From Candidatus Parcubacteria bacterium (GTDB lineage Bacteria > Patescibacteriota > Minisyncoccia > Phycocordibacterales > UBA6065): a DNA stretch of 64,000 nucleotides. Position numbers and translations under genes: made by a program. The stretch spans positions 31,365 to 95,364 of the forward strand of contig JBDKKJ010000002.1 in NCBI GenBank assembly GCA_039796155.1, read 5' to 3'. The notes below the pieces were generated by a model, which saw only the letters and a program-made list of their open reading frames with translations, was not told the DNA's origin and did no database searches. Positions 48,021 to 58,675 of this stretch are shown piece after piece (position 1 is the first letter of the stretch; every line of letters begins with the position of its first letter).

Positions 48021-49742
48021 ATGGACGTTCAAATAAAAATAAAGTCGGCGATACAAGTAGCGCTCAAGTCGCTTGGTATTACCGCGCCTGAAATAACGCT
48101 CGAACATCCGGCTGATGCGGTAAATGGTGACTTTGCAACAAACGTTGCCCTTGCTCTCGCAAAACAGACCAAATCAAATCCACGTGAACTGGCCGAGAAA
48201 ATCGTAACCACATTACGCGACACACGAATCGAATCAGTGGATAAAATAGAAATGGCGGGTCCGGGCTTTATTAATTTTTATCTTTCAAAAAGATTTTTTA
48301 CTGCCGAGGTAGAAGCGATCCTCAAAAGAGGGGAGCTCTATGGAAACTCAAACGAGTGGCGTGGCCGAAAGATGTTGGTTGAATACACTGACCCAAATCC
48401 TTTTAAGGAATTTCACATTGGACACCTCATGTCGAATGCTATAGGTGAATCAATCGCACGACTTATCAGCTCACAAGGCGCAAAGGTCCGTCGTATGTGC
48501 TATCAAGGTGACTTTGGAATGCATGTAGCAAAAACCATGTGGGCTCTTCTTAAAAACGAGGCAGAAATGCCAGGTAAGCGCGCACCTTTGGCTGAGAGGG
48601 TCGCCTTTCTAGGTAGGTCGTATGTTGAAGGCTCAAAAACCTACGAAGAAGATCCTGTTGCAAAGACAGAAATAGAAGCTCTCAACAAAAAGATTTTTGA
48701 GGCAAAAGATAGAAGGCTTATGAAGCTCTATAAACTTGGACGAAAGTGGAGCCTTCTTAACTTTGAAGAAATCTATAAGAAGCTCGGTACAAAGTTTGAT
48801 TATTACTACCTTGAAAGCGAAGTAGCTCATGACGGTGTTGCCTTAGTAAATGAATTTCTTGAAAAAGGGATATTCGAAAAATCAGAAGGAGCTGTTGTGT
48901 TTAAAGGTGAAAAGTTTGATTCAAAACTTCACACTCGTGTGTTTATAAACTCACAGGGTATCCCAACCTACGAAGCAAAAGAACTTGGACTCAATACCAA
49001 GAAGTGGAAGAAGGTGCGTGCAGATAAATCAATTATTGTTACTGCAAATGAGCAGGCTGATTATTTCCGTGTAGTTTTGAAGGCGCTTGAACTCATTGAA
49101 CCAGAAGCGCGAAAGGCCACAGAGCACGTATCACACGGTATGCTTCGTTTTGCTGATGGAAAAATGTCATCACGAACAGGAAATGTGATTACGGGAGAGT
49201 CACTTATAAAGAGTATTGAGGCTATGGTAATGGAAAAGCTCAATGAACGCGAAATGGATGACAAGCAAAAAGCGAAGACTGCTGAAATTATTGCTGTTGC
49301 TGCAATCAAATACTCAATCCTCAAACAGGTCACTTCATCAGATATTATTTACGACGTCGATAAATCAATTTCATTTGAAGGTGATTCTGGTCCATATCTT
49401 TTGTACACAGCAGTACGTGCGCAATCTATTCTTGAAAAGGCAAAGAAGGAAAAAATAAAACCTGTTGTTACAAATAAAGATGAAGGAACAAGTCCACTTA
49501 CACGACACCTCTCACGATTCGGGGAAGTGGTCACACGATCAGCGTACGAGAAGGCGCCTCATTATGTTGCTACATATTTGATTGAACTCTCTTCTATGTT
49601 TAATGCCTGGTATGCCAACACTCAGATTGTGAACAAAGAAGATGCTGAATCAGCACAAAAGGTGGCTACAACACAGGCGGTTCGAATCGTTCTCGAGAAT
49701 GGATTGAAACTTCTAGGAATGAAAGTGCCGGAGAAAATGTAA
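48021..49742 (+). CDS. argS: arginine--tRNA ligase
   Basis: GPGFINF, NP.K.FHIGH, KMSSR.G, G.SGPYL.Y. Confidence 0.97.
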   Translation: MDVQIKIKSAIQVALKSLGITAPEITLEHPADAVNGDFATNVALALAKQTKSNPRELAEKIVTTLRDTRIESVDKIEMAGPGFINFYLSKRFFTAEVEAILKRGELYGNSNEWRGRKMLVEYTDPNPFKEFHIGHLMSNAIGESIARLISSQGAKVRRMCYQGDFGMHVAKTMWALLKNEAEMPGKRAPLAERVAFLGRSYVEGSKTYEEDPVAKTEIEALNKKIFEAKDRRLMKLYKLGRKWSLLNFEEIYKKLGTKFDYYYLESEVAHDGVALVNEFLEKGIFEKSEGAVVFKGEKFDSKLHTRVFINSQGIPTYEAKELGLNTKKWKKVRADKSIIVTANEQADYFRVVLKALELIEPEARKATEHVSHGMLRFADGKMSSRTGNVITGESLIKSIEAMVMEKLNEREMDDKQKAKTAEIIAVAAIKYSILKQVTSSDIIYDVDKSISFEGDSGPYLLYTAVRAQSILEKAKKEKIKPVVTNKDEGTSPLTRHLSRFGEVVTRSAYEKAPHYVATYLIELSSMFNAWYANTQIVNKEDAESAQKVATTQAVRIVLENGLKLLGMKVPEKM

Positions 49743-49821
49743 AGACAAAAAGCCGGGCGGCCTGCGGCCGCCCGGCTTTTGTTTGACTTTTATGGTGATA
49801 TAGAGAGAATGAGTATGAAAC

Positions 49822-50388
49822 ATGACCTCTCAACAAGCATTGCTTCAACCCGTCTACGGAGAGCTTTTGCTCAACGTGGGCGACCTCATCGAACGCGCCC
49901 TTGCTATAAAGCGAGCGGCCCAAAAAAAGAAATTTCAATCCTTTAATCCATCTACTGACAATTTTCAATTCTTGCTACAACAATCAGGTGTTCGTGATGT
50001 AGGTCGCTATCAGCAACGTTGGACTCCAAAAACTGATTTTGAAAAGCACGGCGGATACAGTGCATATAGTCATTATCAGCTCAAGGGTATGAAAGGGCAC
50101 AAGCCCCTTACAACACTAGGCGTTCTCGGTCAGCTTAATGTTCGCCCGAACATGCATGCAACGACACGGGAACTAATGGGTTTGTTTTTGAATCACCACG
50201 CGGAAATGGTGATGTTCTTGAAACGAAAACATCGTTTGATAGCGTTAGGAAATGACATGTTCCATCAGTATGGAGCAGCGATTCTAATTCTCAAGAGGCG
50301 TAAATTTTTATTACAGGATCTTTCGTGTAGACTCACAGTTGCCTGGTTGCCATCTGATATTTTTGTGACTCGCATTGATCCCTCATAG
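49822..50388 (+). CDS. hypothetical protein
   Basis: 188-aa ORF between two terminator-like hairpins. Confidence 0.6.
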   Translation: MTSQQALLQPVYGELLLNVGDLIERALAIKRAAQKKKFQSFNPSTDNFQFLLQQSGVRDVGRYQQRWTPKTDFEKHGGYSAYSHYQLKGMKGHKPLTTLGVLGQLNVRPNMHATTRELMGLFLNHHAEMVMFLKRKHRLIALGNDMFHQYGAAILILKRRKFLLQDLSCRLTVAWLPSDIFVTRIDPS

Positions 50389-50450
50389 GAGGGGTCTTTT
50401 TTTTGTAAGTTCCTTTCAAAAATCTCTAAAAATTGCTAATCTAAGCCTCT

Positions 50451-53400
50451 ATGGCAGATATTGATAAACCAAAGCCCGTAACAGCTCCAAAGACCAAACT
50501 CGTCGACATCGAAGAGAAGGTTTTGGCGTTCTGGTCTAAAGAAGATATTTTTTCAAAGTCACTCGAGAAGAAGGGTAAAGAATTTGTATTTTATGATGGA
50601 CCTCCGTTTGCAAACGGTCAGCCTCACTACGGCCACATGCTTACAAGCTTTATTAAAGACACAATCCCTCGCTACAAAACTATGCAGGGTTACCATGTCG
50701 CACGACGATGGGGTTGGGATTGTCACGGTCTTCCTGTAGAAAACCTTATTGAAAAAGAACTCGGTCTCAAATCTAAAAAAGATATTCTAGATTACGGTCT
50801 CGAGAAGTTTAATAAAGCAGCAGGGGACAGTGTGCTTCGTTATGCAGACGATTGGCGAAAACAAATTCCGCGTATCGGTCGTTGGGTTGATATGGAGAAT
50901 GATTACCGAACCATGGATGCAGGTTACACCCAGTCTGTTTGGTGGGTATTCAAAAACCTCTATGACAAAGGCCTCGTGTACGAAGGTTTCAAATCAATGC
51001 AGATTTGCCCTCGTTGCGAAACAACACTTTCAAACTTTGAAGTAAATCAGGGATATAAAGACATCACTGATATTTCGGTGTACGTAAAACTTGAACTGGC
51101 TAAAGAACCAGGTACATATTTTATTGCCTGGACGACGACTCCGTGGACTCTTCCTGGAAACGTAGCTCTTGCTGTGGGTGCAGATATTGATTATGCACGT
51201 GTTACCTCAGAAGGTATGACATACATTGTTGCTCGTGATCGAGTGGCAGATGTTTTTGCTGGAAAGAATCATGACCTTACAACGGTTGTAAAAGGTTCAA
51301 CGCTTGTTGGTACAGAGTACAAACCAATTTTCTCATACTACAACACCAACGCTACAAAGAATGTTGAAAACGGTTTCAAGGTTTACGCTGCGGAATTTGT
51401 TACTACCACCGATGGATCGGGAATAGTGCATATTGCACCTGCGTTTGGTGAAGATGACATGAAGCTCGGACAGAAAGAAAATCTTCCGTTTGTTCAGCAT
51501 GTAGGCATGGATGGTCGTTTCAAATCTGAAGTACGAGACTTTGTGGGACTTGAGGTAAAGCCAAAAGGTGCAGCAACCGGAGATCACCAGAAGACCGACA
51601 TTGAAGTAATAAAATGGTTGGCGCACAACGGTTTTCTTTTTGAAAAGAAGAAAATAATCCACTCATATCCTCATTGCTGGAGATGTGATACACCTCTTCT
51701 TAATTACGCTGCGTCTTCGTGGTTTGTTAAGGTTACAGATTTTAAAGACAAACTCGTTGCTGCAAATAAGAAAGTTTCTTGGACACCGAATGATATTCGA
51801 GATGGGCGCTTTGGTAAGTGGCTTGAAAATGCACGCGACTGGGCAATATCTCGTTCACGATTCTGGGGTGCACCGATTCCTGCGTGGAAGGGGATAAATT
51901 CAGGTACGCTCTATCCTGTAGGAACTCTCGACGAACTTTCAGATCTCATAAAGAAATCAGGTAACTCATATACACTGCTCCGTCACGGAGAAGCAGAGTG
52001 TAATGTGCTTGGTGTTTCAAACTCTGAAGTGCTCGATAAATATCACCTTACAGAAAAAGGACGTAGCGAAGTTGCTGCTCAAGCACAAAAGATTGCGAAA
52101 ATGGGAATCGATGTAATTATCGCTTCTGATTTCATGCGTACTAAAGAAACCGCACGAATCGTTGCTGAAGCCTGCGGTATGGATTCAAACGAAATTGTCT
52201 ACGATGTTCGACTTCGTGAGTACAGTGTTGGCCCCGACAGAGAAGGAAAGCTTTGGCGAGACACCGAATCACATGTCCGCTCACAGGGATTTTTCCCTGG
52301 AATGGAAAGACCAGCTGATTTAAAGAAGCGTGTTTTTGAGGCTCTCTATGACATCGACAAAAAGTATTCAGGTAAACGAATATTGATCATAAGTCATGGT
52401 TCACCGCTCAACAACTTACTCCATGGTATTGATGCAACTGCCGGAGAAGACAAGGTCTTTCATGACGAGCGACGTTATTTCCAGACAACTGCAGAAATGC
52501 ATCCACTCGAGTTTGTCCGACTGCCTCACAATGATAGTTTCGATCTCGATCTTCACCGACCATTTATAGATCGAGTGGAGTGTGTTGGGCCAGATGGGGA
52601 ACAGCTCGTTCGCGTTGCTGAAGTTTTTGACTGCTGGTTCGAGTCAGGTGCTATGCCATACGGTGAGGCGTATTATCACGGCTCACGACAGAGCCATTTT
52701 GATCCAAAGGGAAGTCTCTTTAAAAAGAAGATCGGTTTTCCCGCTGACTTTATAGCAGAAGGTCTTGATCAGACACGTGGGTGGTTCTACTCAATGCTTG
52801 TGCTTGGTGTTGGACTCTTTAATACAAGCCCGTACAAGAACGTTATTGTTAACGGAATTATTTTGGCTGAGAATGGTGAAAAAATGTCGAAGCGTCTTAA
52901 AAACTATCCAGACCCAATGGAAGTTATCGGCAAATATGGTTCAGACTCACTCCGTTACTACTTGTTATCTTCACCGGTTGTTGCCGCTCAAGATCTCTGC
53001 TTTGTAGAGAAGGGTGTTGATGATATTTCAAAGAAACTTCTCCAGCGACTTGATAACGTGCTTTCGTTCTATGAATTGTACGCGGATGAAAATGCGTCTC
53101 AGATACCTGTTACCAACACGTCTTCAAATGTTCTTGATCGATGGATTGTTGCACGTCTCGTCGAGACTCAGGTAGCAATGACCGAAGGACTCGATAAGTA
53201 TCAGATAGATAAAGCTGCACGACCGCTCATGACTTTTGTTGATGATCTTTCAACATGGTACACACGCCGTTCTCGAGATCGATTTAAATCAGATGATGCT
53301 TCAGACAAAGCGGCCGCCCTCGCTACAACACGGTATGTTCTGAGAGAATTCGCTAAAATATCAGCACCTATTCTTCCGTTCTACGCTGAATATTTGTTCG

Positions 53401-53957
53401 GTAGGGTAAAGGCACATGCAGAAAGCCAGAGTGTTCATTTAGAATCTTGGCCAGAGTACAAGAACCATGATGCAGAGGTGATTTCAAACATGTCTGAAGT
53501 TCGACGATTGGTAACACTTGGTCTTGAACAGCGTGCAAAGGCGAATCTTAAAGTACGTCAGCCTCTTGCAGCACTTTCAGTAAAGGTAAAAACCCTTACG
53601 CCTGAATTCTTGGATCTTATTAAAGACGAAGTGAACGTAAAAGAAGTTGTTGTGGATGAAAAAATAGAGAGCGACGTTCTTCTTGATACGAAAGTTTCAG
53701 AATCGCTTCGAAAGGAAGGTGTTGCTCGTGACCTCATCCGTGCAATTCAGGAATTAAGAAAGACAGAGGGTCTCACCGTGGGGGACAAGGTTGTGCTCAT
53801 CCTTGATTCAGATGAAAAGGCAAAAGAACTTGTTCATGCATTCCTTCATGATATTAAAAAGGTGACACTCGTTACTGGTGTTGAATACACGCACCTTCCA
53901 CATGCAAATGAGCTTGTGGTTGAAGAATACAGATTCAAGATTGGATTTAAGAGGTAA
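50451..53957 (+). CDS. ileS: isoleucine--tRNA ligase (IleRS2-like) with inserted histidine-phosphatase domain
   Basis: DGPPFANG.PHYGH, GWDCHGLP, WTTTPWT, DW.ISR.R.WG, EG.DQTRGWF, KMSK; insert LRHGE...SHG. Confidence 0.95.
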   Translation: MADIDKPKPVTAPKTKLVDIEEKVLAFWSKEDIFSKSLEKKGKEFVFYDGPPFANGQPHYGHMLTSFIKDTIPRYKTMQGYHVARRWGWDCHGLPVENLIEKELGLKSKKDILDYGLEKFNKAAGDSVLRYADDWRKQIPRIGRWVDMENDYRTMDAGYTQSVWWVFKNLYDKGLVYEGFKSMQICPRCETTLSNFEVNQGYKDITDISVYVKLELAKEPGTYFIAWTTTPWTLPGNVALAVGADIDYARVTSEGMTYIVARDRVADVFAGKNHDLTTVVKGSTLVGTEYKPIFSYYNTNATKNVENGFKVYAAEFVTTTDGSGIVHIAPAFGEDDMKLGQKENLPFVQHVGMDGRFKSEVRDFVGLEVKPKGAATGDHQKTDIEVIKWLAHNGFLFEKKKIIHSYPHCWRCDTPLLNYAASSWFVKVTDFKDKLVAANKKVSWTPNDIRDGRFGKWLENARDWAISRSRFWGAPIPAWKGINSGTLYPVGTLDELSDLIKKSGNSYTLLRHGEAECNVLGVSNSEVLDKYHLTEKGRSEVAAQAQKIAKMGIDVIIASDFMRTKETARIVAEACGMDSNEIVYDVRLREYSVGPDREGKLWRDTESHVRSQGFFPGMERPADLKKRVFEALYDIDKKYSGKRILIISHGSPLNNLLHGIDATAGEDKVFHDERRYFQTTAEMHPLEFVRLPHNDSFDLDLHRPFIDRVECVGPDGEQLVRVAEVFDCWFESGAMPYGEAYYHGSRQSHFDPKGSLFKKKIGFPADFIAEGLDQTRGWFYSMLVLGVGLFNTSPYKNVIVNGIILAENGEKMSKRLKNYPDPMEVIGKYGSDSLRYYLLSSPVVAAQDLCFVEKGVDDISKKLLQRLDNVLSFYELYADENASQIPVTNTSSNVLDRWIVARLVETQVAMTEGLDKYQIDKAARPLMTFVDDLSTWYTRRSRDRFKSDDASDKAAALATTRYVLREFAKISAPILPFYAEYLFGRVKAHAESQSVHLESWPEYKNHDAEVISNMSEVRRLVTLGLEQRAKANLKVRQPLAALSVKVKTLTPEFLDLIKDEVNVKEVVVDEKIESDVLLDTKVSESLRKEGVARDLIRAIQELRKTEGLTVGDKVVLILDSDEKAKELVHAFLHDIKKVTLVTGVEYTHLPHANELVVEEYRFKIGFKR

Positions 53958-54016
53958 TCATATACCCAAGAGGTATAATAAAAAAACCGCGGACAAGAGT
54001 CCGCGGTTTGCGTTGG

Positions 54017-54616
54017 TTATCGAACTGTTTCCATATCGATTAACCAACGTTGAACAAGGTGTGTCAGAAGAGCTATATTGTCATCGAACTCACCATCGAG
54101 ATTTTGCAGCGTTTTGTTGAAGTTCAGTTTGCGCGCACGCTTAATCTCGCTGAGCGAGCGCCTGGTCCTGCGACCAAGCTCCTCGTCGGCCATACCGCCC
54201 GGCCTGTTGATTGCTCGCGCCACAAGATCTTCTAATGGTGCTGTAACAAAAATACTGCGCAGGGCTTGTTTTATCCGATCATCTTCACTTCGTAACAAGC
54301 TTTCGTAGCCCTGGATATCAATTGTGAGGATGAGGTGATCGCCCTTTTTAAGGGCATCGTTGATGGTCGCAAGGCGTGTGCCGTAGAAGTGTTCATTGAT
54401 GGTTGCTGTCTCAATGAACTCTCCTGATTTTTCAAGTTCAACAAACTTCTCTCGAGTGGTGAAGAAATAATCGACACCATCGACCTCGCCAGGACGGGGA
54501 GATCTTGTTGTCATAGTGACACTTTTTTTGAACTTGAGTGATTGGGTGAGTCCGTTGGCTATAGTGGTTTTACCCGCCGCAAAAGGACCGACAATAACGA
54601 GGAGGAATGGGTTCAT
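54017..54616 (-). CDS. gmk: guanylate kinase
   Basis: GP..AGKTT, TTR.PR.GE.DG.DY.F, YGT, IDIQG. Confidence 0.9.
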   Translation of the reverse strand: MNPFLLVIVGPFAAGKTTIANGLTQSLKFKKSVTMTTRSPRPGEVDGVDYFFTTREKFVELEKSGEFIETATINEHFYGTRLATINDALKKGDHLILTIDIQGYESLLRSEDDRIKQALRSIFVTAPLEDLVARAINRPGGMADEELGRRTRRSLSEIKRARKLNFNKTLQNLDGEFDDNIALLTHLVQRWLIDMETVR

Positions 54617-54724
54617 AATTAGAGTGATCTGCAATTCTGACGTTTGCTGACGAAGACCGTGTTAGGCACAGTTCTACCTGAAATATAGGACATTTGCAAG
54701 TTGAATCTTTGTTACAATTAACAG

Positions 54725-55288
54725 ATGTCATATGCGGTTTATACAACTCGAGGTTTTATTCTTGGGAGCGCGCCCTCTGGTGAGGCTTCAAAGATCTATC
54801 ATATATATACCGAGGACTTTGGTCTCATTTTTGCTAAAGCACAGAGTGTTCGACTTTTAACCTCAAAACTACGCTTCAATCTTGAAGAGTATTCTTTTGC
54901 AACATTCTCATTGGTACGTGGAAAAGAGATTTGGCGACTAACTGGGGCGACTGAAAAGCTCAATAATGCTCGATTTAATAGGGTGTATGCTCGAGTGCTC
55001 AATTTGATGCGCCGACTTGTTCAGGGAGAAGAAAAAAATCCTGGCTTATTTAGTACGCTAGTTTTTATGATGCAGGGAATGGAGAGCGAAGCACCTGAGG
55101 ATATGATTGCATTCGAGTCTCTTGTTCTCATTCACGTCCTCTCAACTCTTGGGTATATCGATCCAAAAGTTCTTGTTGGTATTGGTCGCGATACAAAACC
55201 ATCACTTTCTGATTTGGAGGCAGTTAAGGCAAAGAAGAGGGAGGTAATAGCTGAAATCAATAAGGCACTTAAAGAAAGCCAGCTCTAA
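54725..55288 (+). CDS. recO: DNA repair protein RecO (short)
   Basis: GE......YT.DFG.I...A.SVR...SKL. Confidence 0.8.
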   Translation: MSYAVYTTRGFILGSAPSGEASKIYHIYTEDFGLIFAKAQSVRLLTSKLRFNLEEYSFATFSLVRGKEIWRLTGATEKLNNARFNRVYARVLNLMRRLVQGEEKNPGLFSTLVFMMQGMESEAPEDMIAFESLVLIHVLSTLGYIDPKVLVGIGRDTKPSLSDLEAVKAKKREVIAEINKALKESQL

Positions 55289-55324
55289 CGTGGGATTTCT
55301 ACGTCTCAATGGTATAATTCCACC

Positions 55325-57244
55325 ATGTTTGAAAGTGAGAAAAGAAGTCCTTTGGACCGCCTTAAAAAAGGCCTATATTCAAGAAATGATTCTTTTGGAG
55401 ATGCTCCACGTCACGATATTCACCCACAAAAGAGTGTGGTTCCTGAGTCGTGGGTAGCACCAGAATCAACCGAACCTGTCTCGGCACCGTATACGATACA
55501 TAAAACACGAAAGGCGTATCACATTGTATTTATTGCCTCATTCTTTTTCTTTCTTGTTGCTGCGGCCGTTGCGGGGTACACATTTTTTGGAGGAAAAAAC
55601 TTTGTCTCGGCTGACAATGTAGATATTTTGGTGGAAGGTCCAGCTTCTATTGGTGGAGGTGAACCTCTTTCTTTAAATATATCTGTGGTAAATAAAAACT
55701 CGACTGATATTCAGTTGGTTGATTTGATTGTTGAGTATCCCGCAGGATCAAAAGATGTTACTGACCCTGCAAAAGACATATCAAAATTCAGACTTTCTTT
55801 AGGTGACATCAAATCGCAATCTCTAGTTCAGAAAACACTTTCATCTCTCATGTATGGCGAGGAAGGGGACAAGCGTGAAATACGTTTTGCTGCTGAATAT
55901 CGCACTGCAAACTCAAATGCAATTTTTGTTAAAGAGAAATCATATATTATAAGCATTTCTTCTTCGCCGGTTACTGTTTCGATAGATGCAAGGGGTAAAA
56001 TACTTGGCGGTCAGGCATCAGATATCAAGGTCACCGTGTCTTCAAACACCACGTCAGTGATAAAGAATCTTTTACTCTCACTCGAATATCCTTTTGGATT
56101 TACTGTTCTCTCGGCTTCACCTGCCGCTACGTTTGGTGACGGTATTTGGCGTATTGGGGATTTGGCTCCTGGAGCAAAGAAGGTTATTACCCTCAAGGCG
56201 TCTGCCGAAGGCCAGGATGAAGAATCAAAGACAGTTAAAGCGCATGTTGGTATTCAGAGTGATACAGACGAGCGTGAAATAGCTACAAATATTATTTCTC
56301 GTAATCACACATTTACCATCGAGCGCCCATTCCTTGGACTCGATCTTACCCTCGATGGAAACAGAGGAGACGCGACGACAGAGGCGGGAAGAACAGTACG
56401 TGCAGAGATTATATGGACCAATAACAGCCTTACAAAAATAACTAACGCACGTATCGAAGCGAAACTTTCCGGAAATGTTTTGGATAAAAATTCTGTGAGT
56501 GTTGATGGTGGATACTATGACTCTCTTACAAATACTGTTATCTGGGAAGCAGGTAGAACATCAGGATTTGATTCACTTGCACCGAGTGGTACAGGCCGAG
56601 TTGGTTTTAACGTTCGATCAATGAATGCGTCATCGGGTAGTATTCCGCAAAACCCTTCTATTACTGTTTCTGTTTCAGGAAAGGGTGACAGACTTGATGA
56701 AAACGGTGTGCCGTCAGAAATTACCTCAGGTGTTTCTCGTTCAATTAAGCTCGTTTCAAATATGGCCCTCTCTGCTCGAGTGCTTCGAGGACAAGGACCA
56801 ATCTCAAATACGGGTCCGATACCACCAAGGGTTGATGAGGTAACCTCATATACAGTCATATGGACAGTAACCAATACTTCGAATAGTATCACTGGAGCAC
56901 GTGTTACGGCCGCTTTGCCACCCCAGGTATCATGGACAAATGTTGTATCTCCAGCGGATTCCGGGCTCACATATGATTCGAATGGAGGAAATATTACGTG
57001 GGTGGTCGGTGCAGTGCCTCGAAATGCGACTGTGGGAAGCGGAGCTCGACAGGTTTCTTTCCAGGTTGCTATTCGACCAAGCGCAAACCAAAAGGGTACA
57101 GCACCAGAAGTTATAGGTACAGCAACACTTATCGGAACCGATACCTTTACAGGTGCAACACTTCGAAACTCTACGTCAGCACTTTCGACACGAACATCAA
57201 CAGATTCACTTTATAAAAATGGCGACGACTTAGTGACTCAGTAA
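55325..57244 (+). CDS. membrane-anchored Ig-like-repeat hypothetical protein
   Basis: One TM; repeated W.IG.L.PG and GP.PP.V...T.YT..W motifs. Confidence 0.7.
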   Translation: MFESEKRSPLDRLKKGLYSRNDSFGDAPRHDIHPQKSVVPESWVAPESTEPVSAPYTIHKTRKAYHIVFIASFFFFLVAAAVAGYTFFGGKNFVSADNVDILVEGPASIGGGEPLSLNISVVNKNSTDIQLVDLIVEYPAGSKDVTDPAKDISKFRLSLGDIKSQSLVQKTLSSLMYGEEGDKREIRFAAEYRTANSNAIFVKEKSYIISISSSPVTVSIDARGKILGGQASDIKVTVSSNTTSVIKNLLLSLEYPFGFTVLSASPAATFGDGIWRIGDLAPGAKKVITLKASAEGQDEESKTVKAHVGIQSDTDEREIATNIISRNHTFTIERPFLGLDLTLDGNRGDATTEAGRTVRAEIIWTNNSLTKITNARIEAKLSGNVLDKNSVSVDGGYYDSLTNTVIWEAGRTSGFDSLAPSGTGRVGFNVRSMNASSGSIPQNPSITVSVSGKGDRLDENGVPSEITSGVSRSIKLVSNMALSARVLRGQGPISNTGPIPPRVDEVTSYTVIWTVTNTSNSITGARVTAALPPQVSWTNVVSPADSGLTYDSNGGNITWVVGAVPRNATVGSGARQVSFQVAIRPSANQKGTAPEVIGTATLIGTDTFTGATLRNSTSALSTRTSTDSLYKNGDDLVTQ

Positions 57245-57262
57245 AACTTTAATAACAATACA

Positions 57263-58660
57263 ATGAAGAAAGAAGAAAAAAATCAGGTAATGGAAAACAT
57301 CATCTCTCTTGCAAAGAGAAGGGGATTCATATTCCAAGGTTCTGAAATATACGGCGGTCTTGCGGGTACTTGGGACTACGCTCCTTTCGGCGTTGCACTT
57401 AAGAACAATATAAAGAAGATTTGGTGGAAGCGATTCGTTGATGATCGTGATGACATGTACGGTATGGATGCTGCTATTTTGATGAACCAGAATGTCTGGA
57501 AAGCATCAGGACACGTGGGTGGATTTGCTGATCCGTTGGTTGAAGACAAGAAAACAAAGAAGCGCTTCCGTGCAGACCATCTTCTCGAAGAGGCGGGTGT
57601 AGATCCAAAGGGTATGACGCTTGATATGATGTCGGCCGCTCTCAAAGAAAAGAAAATCAAAAGTCCTGATGGTAACGACCTTTCAGATGTAAAGCAATTC
57701 AACATGATGTTTAAAACTCATGTGGGTGCCATGGAGGATGAGACTGCTGTTTCATACCTCCGTCCAGAAACAGCACAGGGTATGTTTGTGAACTTTAAAA
57801 ACATCATGGATACCTTCCACCCTCGTTTGCCATTCGGTATGGCTCAGATTGGAAAGGCGTTTCGAAATGAAATTGCTCCTCGCGACTTTATCTTCCGTAC
57901 TCGTGAATTCGAACAGATGGAAATAGAGTATTTTGTCGACCCTCGAAACGAAAAGGCGGTAAATGAAATGATTGATGCGTTGTATGCAGAACAGTTGGCA
58001 TTGCTTGCTGACATTGGACTCGACGCAGCAAAGATTCATAAAATCGAGATTGATCCAGCGGACCGTGCTCACTATTCAAAGCGTTCAATCGATACCGAGT
58101 TTGATTTTCCTTTTGGGCAGAAAGAGCTCCTTGGTCTTGCGTATCGAACTGATTACGATTTGAAAGCACATACGAATGCGAGTGGTACCGATCTCTCGTA
58201 CTTTGATGAGGAATCAAAAGAACGTTTTATTCCGCACTGCATTGAACCTACGTTCGGACTCGACCGACTTGTATTGGCTGTGTTATCACAGGCATATACC
58301 GAGGATGAATTGGGTGGGGAAAAACGCGTGTATTTGAAACTTGCTTCAGCTGTTGCTCCTATTAAAATCGCAGTGTTTCCACTTCTTAAAAATAAAGAAG
58401 CGCTCACGGGTAAAGCTCAGGAATTGTATAAAGTTCTCCGTAAAGAATTTGGTGCTGTTGAATATGATGAGACGGGCTCAATCGGGAAGCGCTACCGCCG
58501 ACAGGATGAAATTGGTACACCGTACTGTGTGACAGTTGATTTTGAAACTATTGAAAAGGACGGTAGTCCTGTGACTGTTCGTGATCGAGATGCAGGGGCG
58601 CAGGAAAAGATTGCTCTCAAAGACCTCGTCTCATACCTCGAGCAGAAGTTGGGTAAGTAA
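57263..58660 (+). CDS. glyQS: glycine--tRNA ligase, alpha2 type
   Basis: KRRGF.F..SEIYGG, LRPETAQG, FRNEI.PR..FR.REFEQME, IGKRYRRQDEIGTP. Confidence 0.95.
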   Translation: MKKEEKNQVMENIISLAKRRGFIFQGSEIYGGLAGTWDYAPFGVALKNNIKKIWWKRFVDDRDDMYGMDAAILMNQNVWKASGHVGGFADPLVEDKKTKKRFRADHLLEEAGVDPKGMTLDMMSAALKEKKIKSPDGNDLSDVKQFNMMFKTHVGAMEDETAVSYLRPETAQGMFVNFKNIMDTFHPRLPFGMAQIGKAFRNEIAPRDFIFRTREFEQMEIEYFVDPRNEKAVNEMIDALYAEQLALLADIGLDAAKIHKIEIDPADRAHYSKRSIDTEFDFPFGQKELLGLAYRTDYDLKAHTNASGTDLSYFDEESKERFIPHCIEPTFGLDRLVLAVLSQAYTEDELGGEKRVYLKLASAVAPIKIAVFPLLKNKEALTGKAQELYKVLRKEFGAVEYDETGSIGKRYRRQDEIGTPYCVTVDFETIEKDGSPVTVRDRDAGAQEKIALKDLVSYLEQKLGK

Positions 58661-58675
58661 TATCTAAGAATTAAT

